A stretch of 64,000 nt of DNA from Azolla caroliniana. Taxonomy: Eukaryota > Plantae > Polypodiophyta. The stretch is taken from contig JBHGNT010000009.1 of NCBI GenBank assembly GCA_043228905.1, positions 18,476,001 to 18,540,000 of the forward strand, given 5' to 3'. Below are positions 50,531 to 64,000 of the stretch, one piece after another (within the stretch, counting starts at the first letter, position 1; every line of letters begins with the position of its first letter). The notes beneath the pieces are model-generated. The model searched no databases and was not told where the DNA came from. It saw nothing but the letters and a program-made list of their open reading frames with translations. Made by a program: the position numbers and the translations under genes.

Positions 50531-52959
50531 TTACAGGTTATAATCGTCATTGTCTTCGTAGTCATCATCGTCAGTAGGATTTGAGTCTTCACCGACTTCG
50601 GCATAGTCACGCTCGAGGGACGCAAGGTCCTCTCGAGCCTCTGAGAACTCGCCTTCCTCCATACCTTCACCCATGTACCAATGCACGAACGCGCGCTTAG
50701 CAAACATGAGGTCAAACTTGTGGTCTATCCGCGAGAACACCTCGGCAACCGCCGTGTTGTTGCTCACCATGCAAACCGCACGTTGCACCTTGGCAACATC
50801 ACCTCCTGGAACGACTGTGGGTGCTTGGTAATTGATGCCACATTTGAACCCCGTGGGGCACCTAGTAAAACACGAACAGTTTAGCATTTGCTCTAGTTCT
50901 TTAACGACAAATATGTGGCGATGAAAACAAATTAGCATTGTAGGTCGAGCTCGATCCAAGACATTACCAGTCGACGAACTGAACCGTCCGCTTTGATTTC
51001 ACATTTACAATAGCCACGTTCACATCTTTGGGCACGACATCACCTCGGTACATGAGGCAACAAGCCATGTACTTTCCATGGCGTGGGTCACACTTGGCCA
51101 TCATCGATGCAGGCTCGAAGACAGCATTCGTGATCTCCGCCACGGACAACTGCTCGTGGTACGCCTTCTCGGCCGACACGAGGGGCGCATACGAGCACAA
51201 CATGAAGTGTATCCTAGGGTAAGGTACCAAGTTGGTCTGGAACTCGAGCACGTCCACGTTCAAGGCACCGTCGAAGCGTAGGGAAGTTGTGATGGATGAG
51301 ATGGTTTGGGACACAAGGCGGTTGAGGTTGGTGTACGTCGGGCGCTCAATTCCTAGGGAGCGACGGCATATGTCATAGATGGCCTCATTGTCTAGGAGCA
51401 CGGTGACATCAGTATGTTCTAGAAGGGAGTGTGTCGATAACACACTATTGTAAGGCTCCACTACGGCCGTAGAGACCTGACATTTGGATTAATAAAGCCC
51501 AAATTACGTAGTTGCTAGGATGTGGTCGAGATATACTATGATCTTTCCGACAAATTACCCATGATCCTAATCCCTAAACCCTTGGTTTGCCTAAACCTTA
51601 GCATTTCATGGACATGTATAAACCAACCTTAGAACCCCAAAAAATGCATCATTTTAGCATTACACCCTTCATTGAAAACAACCCTTCAAAAAAACGAAAG
51701 ACCCCCTCCCCCCCCTCCCCCAAAGTGCATCATTTTAGCATTACACCCTTCATTGAAAAACAACCCTTCAAAAAAAAAAGAATGGATTCTCTTTGGCTAG
51801 CTTAGAAAATCTTCATTTTTGAAAACCTGAGGTGAGGGATAGATGGTGAAGCCGAGCTTCGATTTCTTGCCGTAATCGACCGAAAGGCGTTCCAGCAATA
51901 ATGAACCGAGGCCTGACCCCGTGCCTCCTCCGACCGCGTTAAACCAACCTTAGAACCCCAAAAAATGCATCATTTTAGCATTACACCCTTCATTGAAAAC
52001 AACCCTTCAAAAAAACGAAAGACCCCCTCCCCCCCCCTCCCCCAAAGTGCATCATTTTAGCATTACACCCTTCATTGAAAAACAACCCTTCAAAAAAAAA
52101 AGAATGGATTCTCTTTGGCTAGCTTAGAAAATCTTCATTTTTGAAAACCTGAGGTGAGGGATAGATGGTGAAGCCGAGCTTCGATTTCTTGCCGTAATCG
52201 ACCGAAAGGCGTTCCAGCAATAATGAACCGAGGCCTGACCCCGTGCCTCCTCCGACCGCGTTAAACACGAGAAATCCTTGCAGCCCATTGCAGTTGTCGG
52301 CCAATCTCCGCACTCGGTCCAAACAAATGTCCAATATATCTCTTCCCACTGCTCACCATCACCATCACCCACTAACCATGGTTAATTTTCATGATCTCAA
52401 ACATTTGCTACTATTGGCATCACAAACCAGACTTGGAACATTTGCACCTCACATCAATACTACTACTAAGCATGGTTCATAACATGATCACAAACATATG
52501 CTATAATTGACATTACCAACAACAATCCCCAATATTTGCTACTGTGACATTACTAGTAACAATGGTTCATTGCATGGTCACAAACATTTTCAATTGATAT
52601 AGTTAAGTGTTCACTACATGATCACAGACATATACTACTGACACCCTCACATCATTTGTGGCTGTGGTATTTCATGATCACCATCGATGCCATGGTTGCC
52701 AACATTTTCTACTGACATTGACACTACCCATTAGGATTCATAACTACATGATTGCGAACCATTTGGTAATGGCATTACTAATGTTAACCATGGTTAATTA
52801 CATCATTGTGTAATGACATTGACACTACCCATTAGGATTCATTACATGATCACGATTCACCATTTGGTAATAGCGTCACTAATATTAACCATGGTTAATT
52901 ATATATTTAAAACTTCAATGCAGCCAACTTGATTGCTATATAATTTCATCATCATTAAC

Positions 52960-53038
<79 letters not shown>

Positions 53039-54201
53039 GGTCACCTGTATAATGGCCCCTAGCAAAGTTGTTGGCGGCATCTTCTTTCCCCGATATGAGT
53101 TGCTCGGGATGGAATAATTGTCTGTATCTACCCGTCCGGATCTCATCGATCACTGTCGGTTCCAAATCCAACATGATTGCCCGTGGCACATGCTTTCCCG
53201 CCCCCGTCTCGCTGAAGAATGTGTTGAACGCATCATCCCCACCACCAATAGTACGTGGTCACTGTCCCACAATGCACCTCCATTTGCCATTAACACAACA
53301 CATTTGTGTGACATGACAAAGTACTAGGAGCCAAGGTCATCCGGGCAATATCGAGGATCTAGTTATGCGTTCTTAGACCTTATGCACAACACTTTGGTAC
53401 TCTAGTTGTACATCCACACGTATATATATGTATAATATGTATGTACCACACAAGAATTTGAAGAGGATAGGAAGGATTTAATAGAGACTTTGTGGCTGGG
53501 ATTGGCATAAATTCAATAACCCACCAACAAATTTAGTAGATGATAAGCCATGGATCGGAATGAAGTTAGTGACAAACAAGGTAGTAGCTTTAAGTGCTTG
53601 GAAAATGGAGTTTTACGACAAGGAATTAATTAAACACGCCATCATCGAACCTTATTCAGAATAGAAAGGCATTACTATCAAATCTCTCAATATTTACTAA
53701 GACAGTGTCATTATTTTGCTCAACTAGAGGCATCTATACCTCTGCTTTCAAGGGTTTTAAAGGCAAATTTGACAACAATGCAAAACTGGTCAAATGACTG
53801 TAAAGTCGGATTTTCTTTCGTATTTCTACGGAACAATCTGTGTTGTAGAGAAACTCAATGATTGTATTCCAAAACTATGTCAAGAAGAAAAACCTATAAA
53901 TATTCGACAAGGAAACATCACAAGTCACTAGGGACTAAATTTAAAACTAACCGACAAATGCTTAATATACAACCAACATTGTAACTCATGTAGGTTAAAG
54001 GTCAATCAAATGCACATGCTCAATAATTATATAGCATGGGGTCTAATTAGGGAAATAATTAGTGACTTAATTACTACGATTCCCAAACCTCGGCAATAAT
54101 CCATCTGGTTTGATACCGTGCTCGAGACAGAAAAGCTCCCAGCACGAGTTCCCGACCTGCATGCCTGCTTGACCGATGTGTATGCTAACCACCTCTCTCA
54201 T
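50531..54201 (-). pseudogene. TUA: Alpha-tubulin, exons 54201-54089, 53261-53045, 52348-52149, 51476-50968, 50861-50531; apparent +2 frameshift at the start of exon 2 (recent pseudogene or sequence error)
   Basis: [20 protein letters not shown] and [16 protein letters not shown]. Exon sizes are 113/217/200/509/331; exon 2 must be 215 nt to keep frame. Confidence 0.9.
51619..52265. repeat. ~321-bp tandem duplication covering the 3' part of tubulin exon 3 and the start of intron 3
   Basis: Near-identical units. Junction microhomology TAAAC at 51940-51944. Confidence 0.93.
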
Positions 54202-57200
54202 GGTTGACAATTGCTTGTAAAATGAGTGATTTTATAAACTTATTTCAAACTATTAAAACAAAAAAAATTGGGGATTTCTCAAAATTATAATTATATGATA
54301 TGCTGTTGTTGATCCTCGGGTCCGAATCACAGAAGAATGTCGAATGGAGATTGATTGAATCCGACGAGATGTTTTATAACCCCATGAAATCTTCTACAAC
54401 CTTTGTGTTATCAAAAGTATAGGCCTTCAACTGCATGTATGTGATTAGAATGATTAGATTCTCCCGCCCTCTCTTTTAAAACGAATTGATCGAGTACATA
54501 AATCCTTTCAATTTCTCTTAAAAACATTTGGCACCGAAAGAGTAATTAAGGCGTGATTAGCAGGAGGAGCATAATTAGAAGGCGCTTAAAAAAGCAGAGC
54601 AGATTGTGATTGCAGAAAGCTAAGTATTAAGCTCTTGTTGGAGCCTGACGAGCTTTTTTTCTGTGCAGGAAGATCTTTTCTCTGTACTTTCGACCAAATC
54701 AAAATCACAGATAACGACGAACGACGTTTCATGCCAATCAACGCGCTCTTTTGGTACAAAACAGAAAGAAAGAAGCAAAACAGAGAGGGCTGCCCTTTTC
54801 ACACTACTTCTTTATGTCCGGACAAGCCTCCACACCACATCTTTATGTCCGGACAAAATCTCGGATTGAAAATATATCCTTCATTCAACTTGGTCTCGGT
54901 TTCGGTGTTCTCGAGTCTTCGGACTCGTCTCTGGCCTCGCCCTTCCCATACAAGATTTCATGTCCCCCCCCCCCCCCCTAAACATTACTGCCATGTGGTA
55001 CGGAAAATGTATCTTCAGTCTCGGAGATCGCCCCACACCCCGTTCCCACTTCGAGTTTTCGAATTCTTGGATCTGTCGAAATGATCATAATCCGCTTTCC
55101 CATCGTTTTTTTCACACCTTTTCTGTCCAGACAAATTGTTAAAAATAATTACGTTGTGGCATGAAAGAAGTGTATGTGTGCAAATGGAATGCATGTGTCA
55201 TTGATTTCCCTAATTCATGTACCATATCCTCTTTTGATGAATGTCCCTTACTATAGGCAAATAGATCTTTCTTACTGATTTGTCTGATGATGGGGGTTAA
55301 GTAGGTAGGTCGAATTCAATTTCTATCTACAAAAGGGAATGGGAGGAGTTGGCCCTAGAGTGTCCACTTTATCGGAGAACTTAACCAACATGAAGGACTC
55401 TTGAAATTTGTCTTAAAACCATTACAAATTGTGTGCATTATTTGCTTTTAAGACTAACGAAAGAAAGCACACGGTTAGCCTATTGCCAATAAAGGGATGT
55501 AACAAACATGTAAAGAAGCACAAAATGCACAACTGCTTCTAGGATATATCAATTTGACCTTATCGATTAATTGTGGGATGAAAGATGGAGCTTTTGCCAT
55601 ATCACTCTACAAGGCGGATACCTTGTTTGTTAGATAATTGCCCGAAGTCATGGATGATTGATAATTTTTATTAAAGAAAACCTGAATGAGAGAAAAAGGA
55701 GCGTTTGTAAATCAACCACATTGGAGATGCACGATTCACCAATAACTCTATGGCACTAACTTAAATTGGATGAGATGCAACTAGTTGGGCATCATCTTCA
55801 TGATCATGACATCACTCCTCAAACTCCAACTTTCATACCATCATTGATGCTGAAATTTACTAGGCCACATTCTCCTAATGTGCAAAAGATCAATGATAGC
55901 TCAATCCCAATATGCATGAAGTTGAATGGCCATCAAGTTGTTCTCACAATTCCATTGATTTTGGAGCTTTCTTTGTGCAATGCTTCTCTCACCTCCTCAC
56001 AAGAATGTGAATAAAAACTACAATTTCACTTACATCCAACAATGCAATGTGATACAGATGGTGACCCATGTTGACACTCTTGCAAGCCTCTTCTCCAAAT
56101 GAACCAAGCGCACTTTATTTCTCTTCAATGTCAAACTCCCTAGCCACCCAAGTCTAGCAAATGATTAGTCATGCAAATGAATTGCACAAGCATCAAAACC
56201 TTAAATCAAGCATTTGGGTTGTGAATATGAGTGTAACAAAAAGAAGGTAAGATCCCCTATAACAAAGTTATTGAATGATGACATTATTTGCTGATGATGA
56301 AGCACCCCAATAGGGAAATGAAAAAGAGGGTAGAAATTATATTTATTTGGCATGATTTTCACCACAGAAAGAATACATGAGCTAGTACTTAGGGGTGGAT
56401 GCCCTAAGAATAGCGTATGTATAATAAACGCTTACTAAACATTGTCACTTTACAACATTTTGTGTAAATGTGTTGGTTATTTTCAATATTTTGAAAAAAA
56501 AATGTATTTCTTATACCTAAAATGTGTAAATTCATGTATCTTTTCTTAGTCACGAAACAAGGGGAAACAATCTCTATTCTAGGTAGTGAGGCATTGATTA
56601 AAGTAGTTCAACGGGTATCAAGCTATAAAAAAAATGAGGTAAATCATTCATACATAAGAGCATTCAAGGTATCATTTTCATGATCATGGTATAACTAAGA
56701 GTAAACACTATTTAGGGTTTTGTTAAGTCTAGAACGTTTAGGATTTCTAGCAACATGATGATCTTTTGAGATGTAAGGAAGTCAATGTCCAATATGCGTG
56801 CACAATGTTATGGCTAGAGGTTGTCCTAATTAGAACGTTACTTCTGTTGCTTCTTGCCAATGAGACCAACGATCTTGAAGAATGTGGGGATTCACAATCA
56901 TGTGGATTAAGCTCACAACATTTGTGATGAGGTATAGGCCATATTTTATGACCCATTAAGGTATTTCTAGGTTCTTTATTATTGACACCATAACACATAC
57001 CCCAAATTTGGATTCAAAGGTCAACGATTTATTGTATGGTAAATTTACTCTATGTATCCCCCATTAAAGTTGGGTTCAATTTGAAACTATTATCTAGATG
57101 GGACCTTCTATTCGAGCCCCCAAACTTAGTTTCAATTTGAATCTATTTACTAAGATGAGACCTTTTGTTTTACATTTAATTGATGCAAAAATGGTGTGTA

Positions 57201-57826
57201 TGATATTTAAAAAACTAAAAAGGCAATCAACATCGTAAAGGTAAGTGTGTGTTGTTTGATTTTTCGAACCATTATCAACTATAATGTTGTTTGATCAATC
57301 ATTTATGGAAATCATGGTGGTACAGGATAAAGTCTTGTTTCTCGTGGACCAAATAAATCCATTAGACCCAATATTCTTATTTTTGTTTGTCGAGACCCAT
57401 ACTAATACTACTAGGATTATTTATTTATTTATTATTATTCAACAATGTGATGCAATATGAGGAGCAGGAGCAGGAGCACGGTGAGGAGCGCGCACGTTGG
57501 CTAGTTGTGCGCCGTTGTTCAAGATCTCGCACAGCGGCTATCGCAGGAGGGAGTTTTGGCCGCTCGTCAGTGGTTGTTCTGCTCAGCGGTGTTGTCAAGG
57601 TTGCAGGGAGGGTGTTGAACGCAATAGATTCCTTTCTCCTAAAGCGCGTCAAGGTCACAGGAAGCATTGGAGTGTTTGTTGGCTGCACAGAGCGCCGTGA
57701 ATGAACCAAATCGATGCTGAGTTTCCCTACCCCTACAGTGTTAGGTACGTTTTTTATTAGGGTGTAAGGATAAGATTAGAGCATTAGAGGGCAAGGGAGC
57801 CAAAGGGCAGCGGGCTACAAAAGAAC

Positions 57827-60115
57827 ATGGTGGCAAGGGAGCCATCTAAGGGTAGTAAAGCAGATTCCATATCATCGATTAAAGTACGAGCGGCAAGGGT
57901 GCCGCCCGTCCGGTGGGTGGAGTCCAGGTATGCATTACAAAGGATGGTTAATGGTCGGGAGAAGCAACAGGTTGGGAATTTGAAACACAGGGAAGCAAGT
58001 GACGCATGGAAAGACGTAGGGAAACATATTAATGGAGGAGTTGGTAGGATATGTAAGGAATTGGTGAATCAGACAGATACGAGGGGATGGATGGAAGAGA
58101 TGATTAGGGCTCCTTCCAACAGTATGGTTGCAACCTTCTTCACAGTTGATGGCAATGAGGATTCACAAGTGTGGGGAGAATCGGATGTTTGGAAAGGAGA
58201 TGCCCGGAAGCAAGAAGCTGGGGGAGATCATTCCAACCTTGCATTATGGCAAAAGGACGAAGAGGGAGTAGAAGAGGGGCAGCGGGAACCGCAAGGAGGA
58301 TCGCCTCAAGGGTTGCCTATGGTGGAGAGTGAGGCCACAGAATACACGTTACAAGTGGAAAATCATTTGCAAGAATGTGGTTAGGCACATAATGCATGCA
58401 TGAGAGGAGATCATGATAAGGATTTGAAAATGGTGGAGACTTCTAATGTATTGGATGTTTTTTTGTCTGACGAAGAAAGTACAATCCTAAATGTCGAGAT
58501 CAAAAGATTAAAGAAATGTTCGTTCATTTGTAAGCTACTTGGTGGTAAGCCCAGTAGAGGTATGGTCCGTGATATGCTACAGGTAGCCTTAATGGATAAG
58601 GTCCCACATATAAAGAATGTGGATAATATGGGACGAAATTTCTTTCGCATTGAACAGATCGAAGGGAATGATGTATCGCAAATTATCAATATGAAATGTG
58701 TAGAACTCAAATATGGAAGAGCTCTGTTGTTGGAGTGGCATGCTAATTTCAATGTTATGGATGAGGCTAAGAAAATTGGTAATCCCATGGTGATATCTAT
58801 GGTATTCCCTAATCTGCCTCGACACTTATATCCTTTGATGCAAAATATTGGGGAGAAGATTGGCACAATTTGTCCTTCAAAGGCAACCATGGTAGACAAA
58901 ATCCGAGACTCCCCTAAGATTAGGGTGCTTGTGCAAAGTTTGTCCACACTTCCCTCTCTAATTAGAGTGCATGATGTGGAGGCAAGATTGATAGATGTGG
59001 AAGTGGAATATGAGGGTTTACCTGGCCAATGTTTCTATTGTAAAAGAAAGGGGCACATTGCCAAGGAATGTCCAAGGAAGATTAATAGAAATGTAAGGGG
59101 GGAGAAGGTTACGGGGCCATTAGATAAGCAAGAGACTATAAGAGCAACAAGATTGAGTACCCTCAATGGGGCTGAGAAGGCGAACACTAGTGCAAATGGC
59201 TGGACTCGTGTTTTGGGACTCAAAAATGGCTTGCAACGAGAAGTAAACACGGATATGCCTCATGTAGATTTGAGAAATCGTTTTGAAGTGTTGCAAGAAG
59301 AGGAGGACCTAGCACAGGATTCAAGGAAAACTATTATTGAAGAGGTGGTAGCATGTACACCCGAGGTCATGTTAAAAAGTGCAACACTTAGACAAGAATC
59401 TACCATGAGCTCCCCTTCCTCCATTGGCAAAAGTGGAAGTATGGGATTGAGAGCAATGAAAGACTGGTTACGTAATGGGAGGTGTCAAGAAAGCTCATCC
59501 ATCACTCCCGAAATTCAGAAGTTGCAAGCGTTGGGACAAGGAAGTAAGGAGGTAGATGTTAGAGTTCCAATCAAATTTGTTAGGTCAAAAATATTGGAAG
59601 GGGACATGCTGGACAAGGGATATAGGTTTAGTCAACAGGCTCTCACAAGACTGATTGATTTGTCACATGGGGAAGCTCTAGGGCTAAGGGTTTATGTAGT
59701 TGTTGTTGAACGAAACAAGTTGTCGGCTATAGGCTTCTCTTTTGATCTAACAGACCTAGAGGTTACAACCAGTAACATGCCACGGATCTCCAACTTTATA
59801 GAAGTCAAGGCGCACAAATATTTTCACAGCCTGCCTATAACCTGGAATGGAGATAATTAGATGTTGATGTGGCTGAATGCTGGAATGATATGTGGGAATT
59901 TTGATAATTCTTGCATTAAAAAACAGATTTTACTATGCCTAGAGGAGACGGTAGACTCCCTCGATGAGGTGTTGCACTTCCATGAGGAGGAAATGGCAGA
60001 AGCTATGAGGCAAGATGTTGTTTTAGGATGGGAGAGGATCAAGGCGGGAGGTTGGGCATGGGCTCGTAGGGAGAGACTATGTCCGGCTTGGGAGACTTCA
60101 CAATTGATCTCATGA
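57827..60115 (+). pseudogene. LINE ORF1 (~760 codons, two in-frame TAG stops at 58382 and 59858)
   Basis: ORFs 57827-58384, 58400-59860 and 59861-60115 are all in one frame. Confidence 0.8.
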
Positions 60116-63100
60116 AATTAATCACGTGGAACATACAAGGTCTAGGTGGTAGCAAATGTATGTTGGAGAGGAAGAACCTTCGCCAAGAGTTCAAATCCCC
60201 TAGCTTTAGGGGGATCCCAGACATTTTGCTCTTGCAAGAGCACCATTTGAGTGCGAACTGCGGGGGATTGGCATACTTTTTGGTCCCCAACGTAGGGTGA
60301 GCATGGTAGAAAAGGGGGTGTTTGTACATCTATCAAGAATAATCCAGATATTATTGTTGTGGGCCAAGGCACCATCGTGGAGGGACGTGCCATCTATGTG
60401 ACTGTTAGATGGCAACAACGCATCATTGGAATAATAAATGTGTACACGCCCAATTCGATAGTGATGCGGGCCCTTTTTTGTAGGCAATTGGCCGATGGCA
60501 GATGCATGGATCCTCACAGGGGATTTTAACATGACTATGCACACAAAGGACAAGGTGGGGGGCATGCATACGGTGGTGCAGGGGTCAGATTTAGTTGCAT
60601 GGGATTTGTTGATGGGCAGAATGGGAGTGAAAGATGCTTGGTATGTACTAAAAAAGCCTCGGAGCTCGCTATGCTTCTCAAGAGCAAGCTGCAATATAAA
60701 TTGCTATTGTATGTCTCGCATAGACAGAATATACATAAGCTCGGAACTGGAAAAATATGGCAGCAATGTTGAAATCATCACAGGTTCAACTTACTCTTAT
60801 CACATGCCGGTTACGATTACGTTGGTCAATCAGAGGTGGAAAAAAAGGGACTGCAATTTGAGGATTAGTAGTAAACTTTTTGAGGATGTGGAGGTGGGAA
60901 GTAAGATAAGGAGTATATGGGAAAATAATCTAGTTGGTTGTGGTGCATTGGATAAGCTTGGAGGAAAGATTATTGAAACTTCAAATTATTTGCATGAAGA
61001 GACTAAAAATAGAATTGTGAGGTCTAAGGAAAGAGAGGTGAGATTAAGAAGATCGATAGCGGTTGCCCAAAGAATGCTTCAGAAAAATCCCAAGTGCCAA
61101 TGGTTGAGATCAGGTCTGGAGGTTGCTAAAGAAACACTACAACGGTTGATTGTGTCAAGAAATAAGATGGTATTCAAGAGTTCAGCAGCTTGGTGGAGCA
61201 GGAATGGGGACAAGGTGAACCAACAATTTTTTAAGTTTAAAAAACCGAGCACAAATGGTAACTTCAATCTAAAACTGATTAAGGACGATGGTTCACTGTC
61301 AGAAGATGTATCAGAGATCATGGAGGCAATCACATCTCACTATAGTGGGATACTCTCAAATAGTTTTAGTCTCCCAGACCAACCTTCACTGGCAGAATTT
61401 GTACTTTAGGGAATGCAACCAAGAATTTTAGAGGTTGCACAAGTTAAGTTGTAAGGGCCACTCTTAGAAGAGGAGGTGTCAAACGCTCTGGCAAGTATAT
61501 GTAGTACGTCTTGTCTAGGCGTCGATGGATTATCAAAAGAAAAATTTTGAAACTTTTTGGGAAGTAATTAAGGTTGACTTGGTTGTTGGACTAAATGAGG
61601 CATGGGATGTTGGGTACCGTCCTGAGCATTTTAAAGAGGGACTAATATTTCTAATTCCTAAGGTAAAGGGTATAGTAACGGATGTGAGGCAATGGAGACC
61701 AATTACATTGCTCAACACAATCTATAAGATTTTTGCTAATATTATGGCGAAGAGGGTCAAACCCCACCTGCATGCGATAATTAAAGTTGGACAAACAGGA
61801 TTCATGGAAAATAGATGTATAATTGATAATGTGTTGACCTTTTGGGAGGCGATTGCCCTGGCAAAGAAAACCAATCAACATATTGCATGTCTCATGCTTG
61901 ACTTCGAGAAGGCATATGACAAAGTACAGTGGCCTTTTTTAGATAAAGTCATGGAGCGGTTGGGACTACCCTTAAAATGGATATCAGTTGCGTTTGCCCT
62001 TTACAAAGGAAGCTTGAGTAGGGTGTTGGTATTAGGGCAATGGGGCCCATCAATTCCATTATGCAAGTCTGTCAAGCAGGGGTGCCCGTTGGCCCCCTAT
62101 CTTTATTTATTTATTTCAGAGGCATTCTCTTTCTTTTTAAATAGACCGAATGCAAGAATTCGGGGATTGGTTGTCCCACATGCTTGCAAGGACTTGTTGG
62201 ACTCCATGTATGCAGATGACACTATGTTCTATCTACAAGGCAATGATGTTAATTTACAGCAGGCTGAAACACGGATTGAGTTGTTTTGTAAAGCATCAGG
62301 TGGGAAAATTAATTGGAACAAAAGTAGAGGGTTTTGGGTAAGTCCAAACTCATGGCTGCTTTGGCAACCTAATGCTAATTTTCAATGGGTCCCTAATGGA
62401 AGGGCTGTTAAATATTTGGGCTTTTTGGTGGGAGTAGAGATTCAGAAAAATCAGCAGCTTGAGCAAGTGAAAGACAAAATCAGAAAAAAAACTTCGGTTA
62501 TGGGCATCAATAAAGCTTTCCCTTGCAAATAGAGTGGTTGTGGTAAAACACATTTTATTGGCCACCATGTGGCACTCATTGGCATGTTGGATGTTAGATA
62601 AAGATTGCATCAAAAATATTAAGGCAATGGTGAGAGGGTTCCTTTGGTCGGGTAGAGATCATGAGACGACGTCAGCTAAAGTGACCTGGAGTTGTTTGAT
62701 CAAGGCAAAAAATCAAGGTGGACTAGGCATGGTGGATCCGGTTCACCAAAGTAAGGCTTTACTCGGTAAGCTCCTGGTGTGAAGTCTCCAACCTGGACCA
62801 GAATTGTGGAAATTGCTTCTTAGAGACAGAACTGAACTCTAGTGTCCGAGGAATGGCGGCCCTTGGAAGGCAAAGAAGTGGTGGTTGTTCAGTCCAGGCC
62901 TAAAGTTAAAAGAACCTATTAGCATGGAGGATAGGGTGGCCCGCACCATAAATAGGGCCTGGTCAAGTTTAAGAGAGGGGTTGGTCTTAATGCGGCCAAA
63001 AATGATGGAGGAACAACTCCGTCAACCACTATTTTGGAACCCCAGGATAAGAGATGATGACGGTATGATGCTTGGCCAGAAAAAATACTTGCCATGGGGG

Positions 63101-64000
63101 CAATGGTAGGGTACAATGTTAGTTCAGTAAGAGACTGGGAGGATTTCAAAAGGAAAAGAAGGGAGGGTCTGGTTGGTAGTCCTAAGTTTATTGGCTGGCT
63201 GGAAAAGGTGACCTGTTTGATAGATAAGGCTGTTGATGGTCTAGTTAGGCTGAATGAAGAAGAGGGGGTATGGTTTGGGTGGTTTGTAGGTGAGGGCCAT
63301 GCACAAATTATCCGAGGAAGGTGCCCATCTAATGAGTATCGTTTGTGGGCAACCTAAGTGTTGTGGCAGAGAATGGCCAATGGTTGGCAGTGCGAGTGGC
63401 AGTGTTGGAAGGTAAGGAGTGGCAAGTAAACCCGGACCTAGGGAAGTTGGAATCTGATTGTAAGCTTTGGATAGTTGACAACAAGCCTATATGTGATTTG
63501 GATTGGGATTCACTAGAGGTGTGGTGACAGAAACTGGGAACGGACAAACTGGAACGGTTTTTCGTGTACACTACTAAGTTAGGAAGGCAAATCATTAGCT
63601 CCAAATCGATGGGTGTTGCTCTAACTCGCAATAGTTGGAAGGATAAAGGAATTTCTGATGACTTCTTGAAGTCGTTTTGGAGGAGGCTATGGGCGTCCAA
63701 TATGCCAGAAAAAATAAAGCTTTGGTTGTGGCTTCTTAGTCACAAAGCGGTACCGGTGGGGGAGTGGCTTAGGTGTCGTGGTGGTGAGGCTGGTTGCAAG
63801 ATTTGTTGACACCCTTTGGAATAAATTCCTCATTGTTTTTGGAATTGCAAAGAAGCTATTAACATTTGGGGTAGAAGTCTCAGGATAGTGGCAGCATGCG
63901 GCGTGAATGGGAGAGTTGTATGGGGATCTGTACAGGGGCTGAAGTTCACAGGGGAAGGCTAGGTTGAACAGTTAAACCCCCACAATCATGGATTTATAGT
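60112..64000 (+). pseudogene. LINE ORF2 (APE endonuclease-RT), many stops and frameshifts
   Basis: Motifs as listed for the LINE. Confidence 0.92.

Larger units (their letters stand above)
57450..64000 (+). mobile_element. L1-clade LINE, near full-length but degenerate, continues past window end
   Basis: GC-richer 5' UTR. ORF1 has CFYCKRKGHIAKEC. ORF2 has an endonuclease (LITWNIQGL, LLQEHH, TGDFN, SRIDRIY), RT (WRPITLLN, DFEKAYD, KQGCPLAP, YADD) and a C-terminal zf-RVT-like region. Confidence 0.95.

Noticed and set aside
54810-55135. TGTCCGGACA palindromic repeats upstream of tubulin as a MITE
   Set aside because: Only three short copies; no TIR pair or TSD could be defined.
55200-57400. 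Possible genes or TE remnants
   Set aside because: No recognisable motifs; too decayed to call by eye. The same applies to 30300-31700 and 43430-44590.

Overview
Eukaryotic, TE-dense, heavily decayed genomic DNA from a land plant. The host is most likely seed-free with flagellated sperm: it has plant-type Copia, chromovirus and L1 elements, plant class-I alpha-tubulin intron positions, a polyphenol oxidase fragment and a CFAP53-like axonemal gene. Only one gene looks intact, a 4-exon CFAP53-like coiled-coil gene (12389-14807, minus). A 5-exon alpha-tubulin (50531-54201, minus) has an apparent 2-nt frameshift and an inverted partial duplicate downstream. Mobile DNA comprises several Copia remnants, a chromovirus nested inside another chromovirus (both with TSDs), an L1 LINE and other LINE scraps. 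A 3.95-kb TIR element with a 4-bp TSD sits inside a Copia and carries a large internal array of phased palindromes. Two locally amplified repeat systems are not explained by standard TE classes. The first is a ~1-1.3 kb unit carrying tRNA-Arg(ACG)-derived sequences. The second is a 4-5 copy mosaic module: captured gene fragments (enolase exons and others) on the minus strand, divergent from a USE-like plus TATA promoter followed by ~220 nt that folds by eye into six consecutive hairpins and also contains a short ORF. The hairpin unit and the palindrome-array TIR element are the best candidates for undescribed systems. All assignments come from manual reading; no database searches or folding programs were run.
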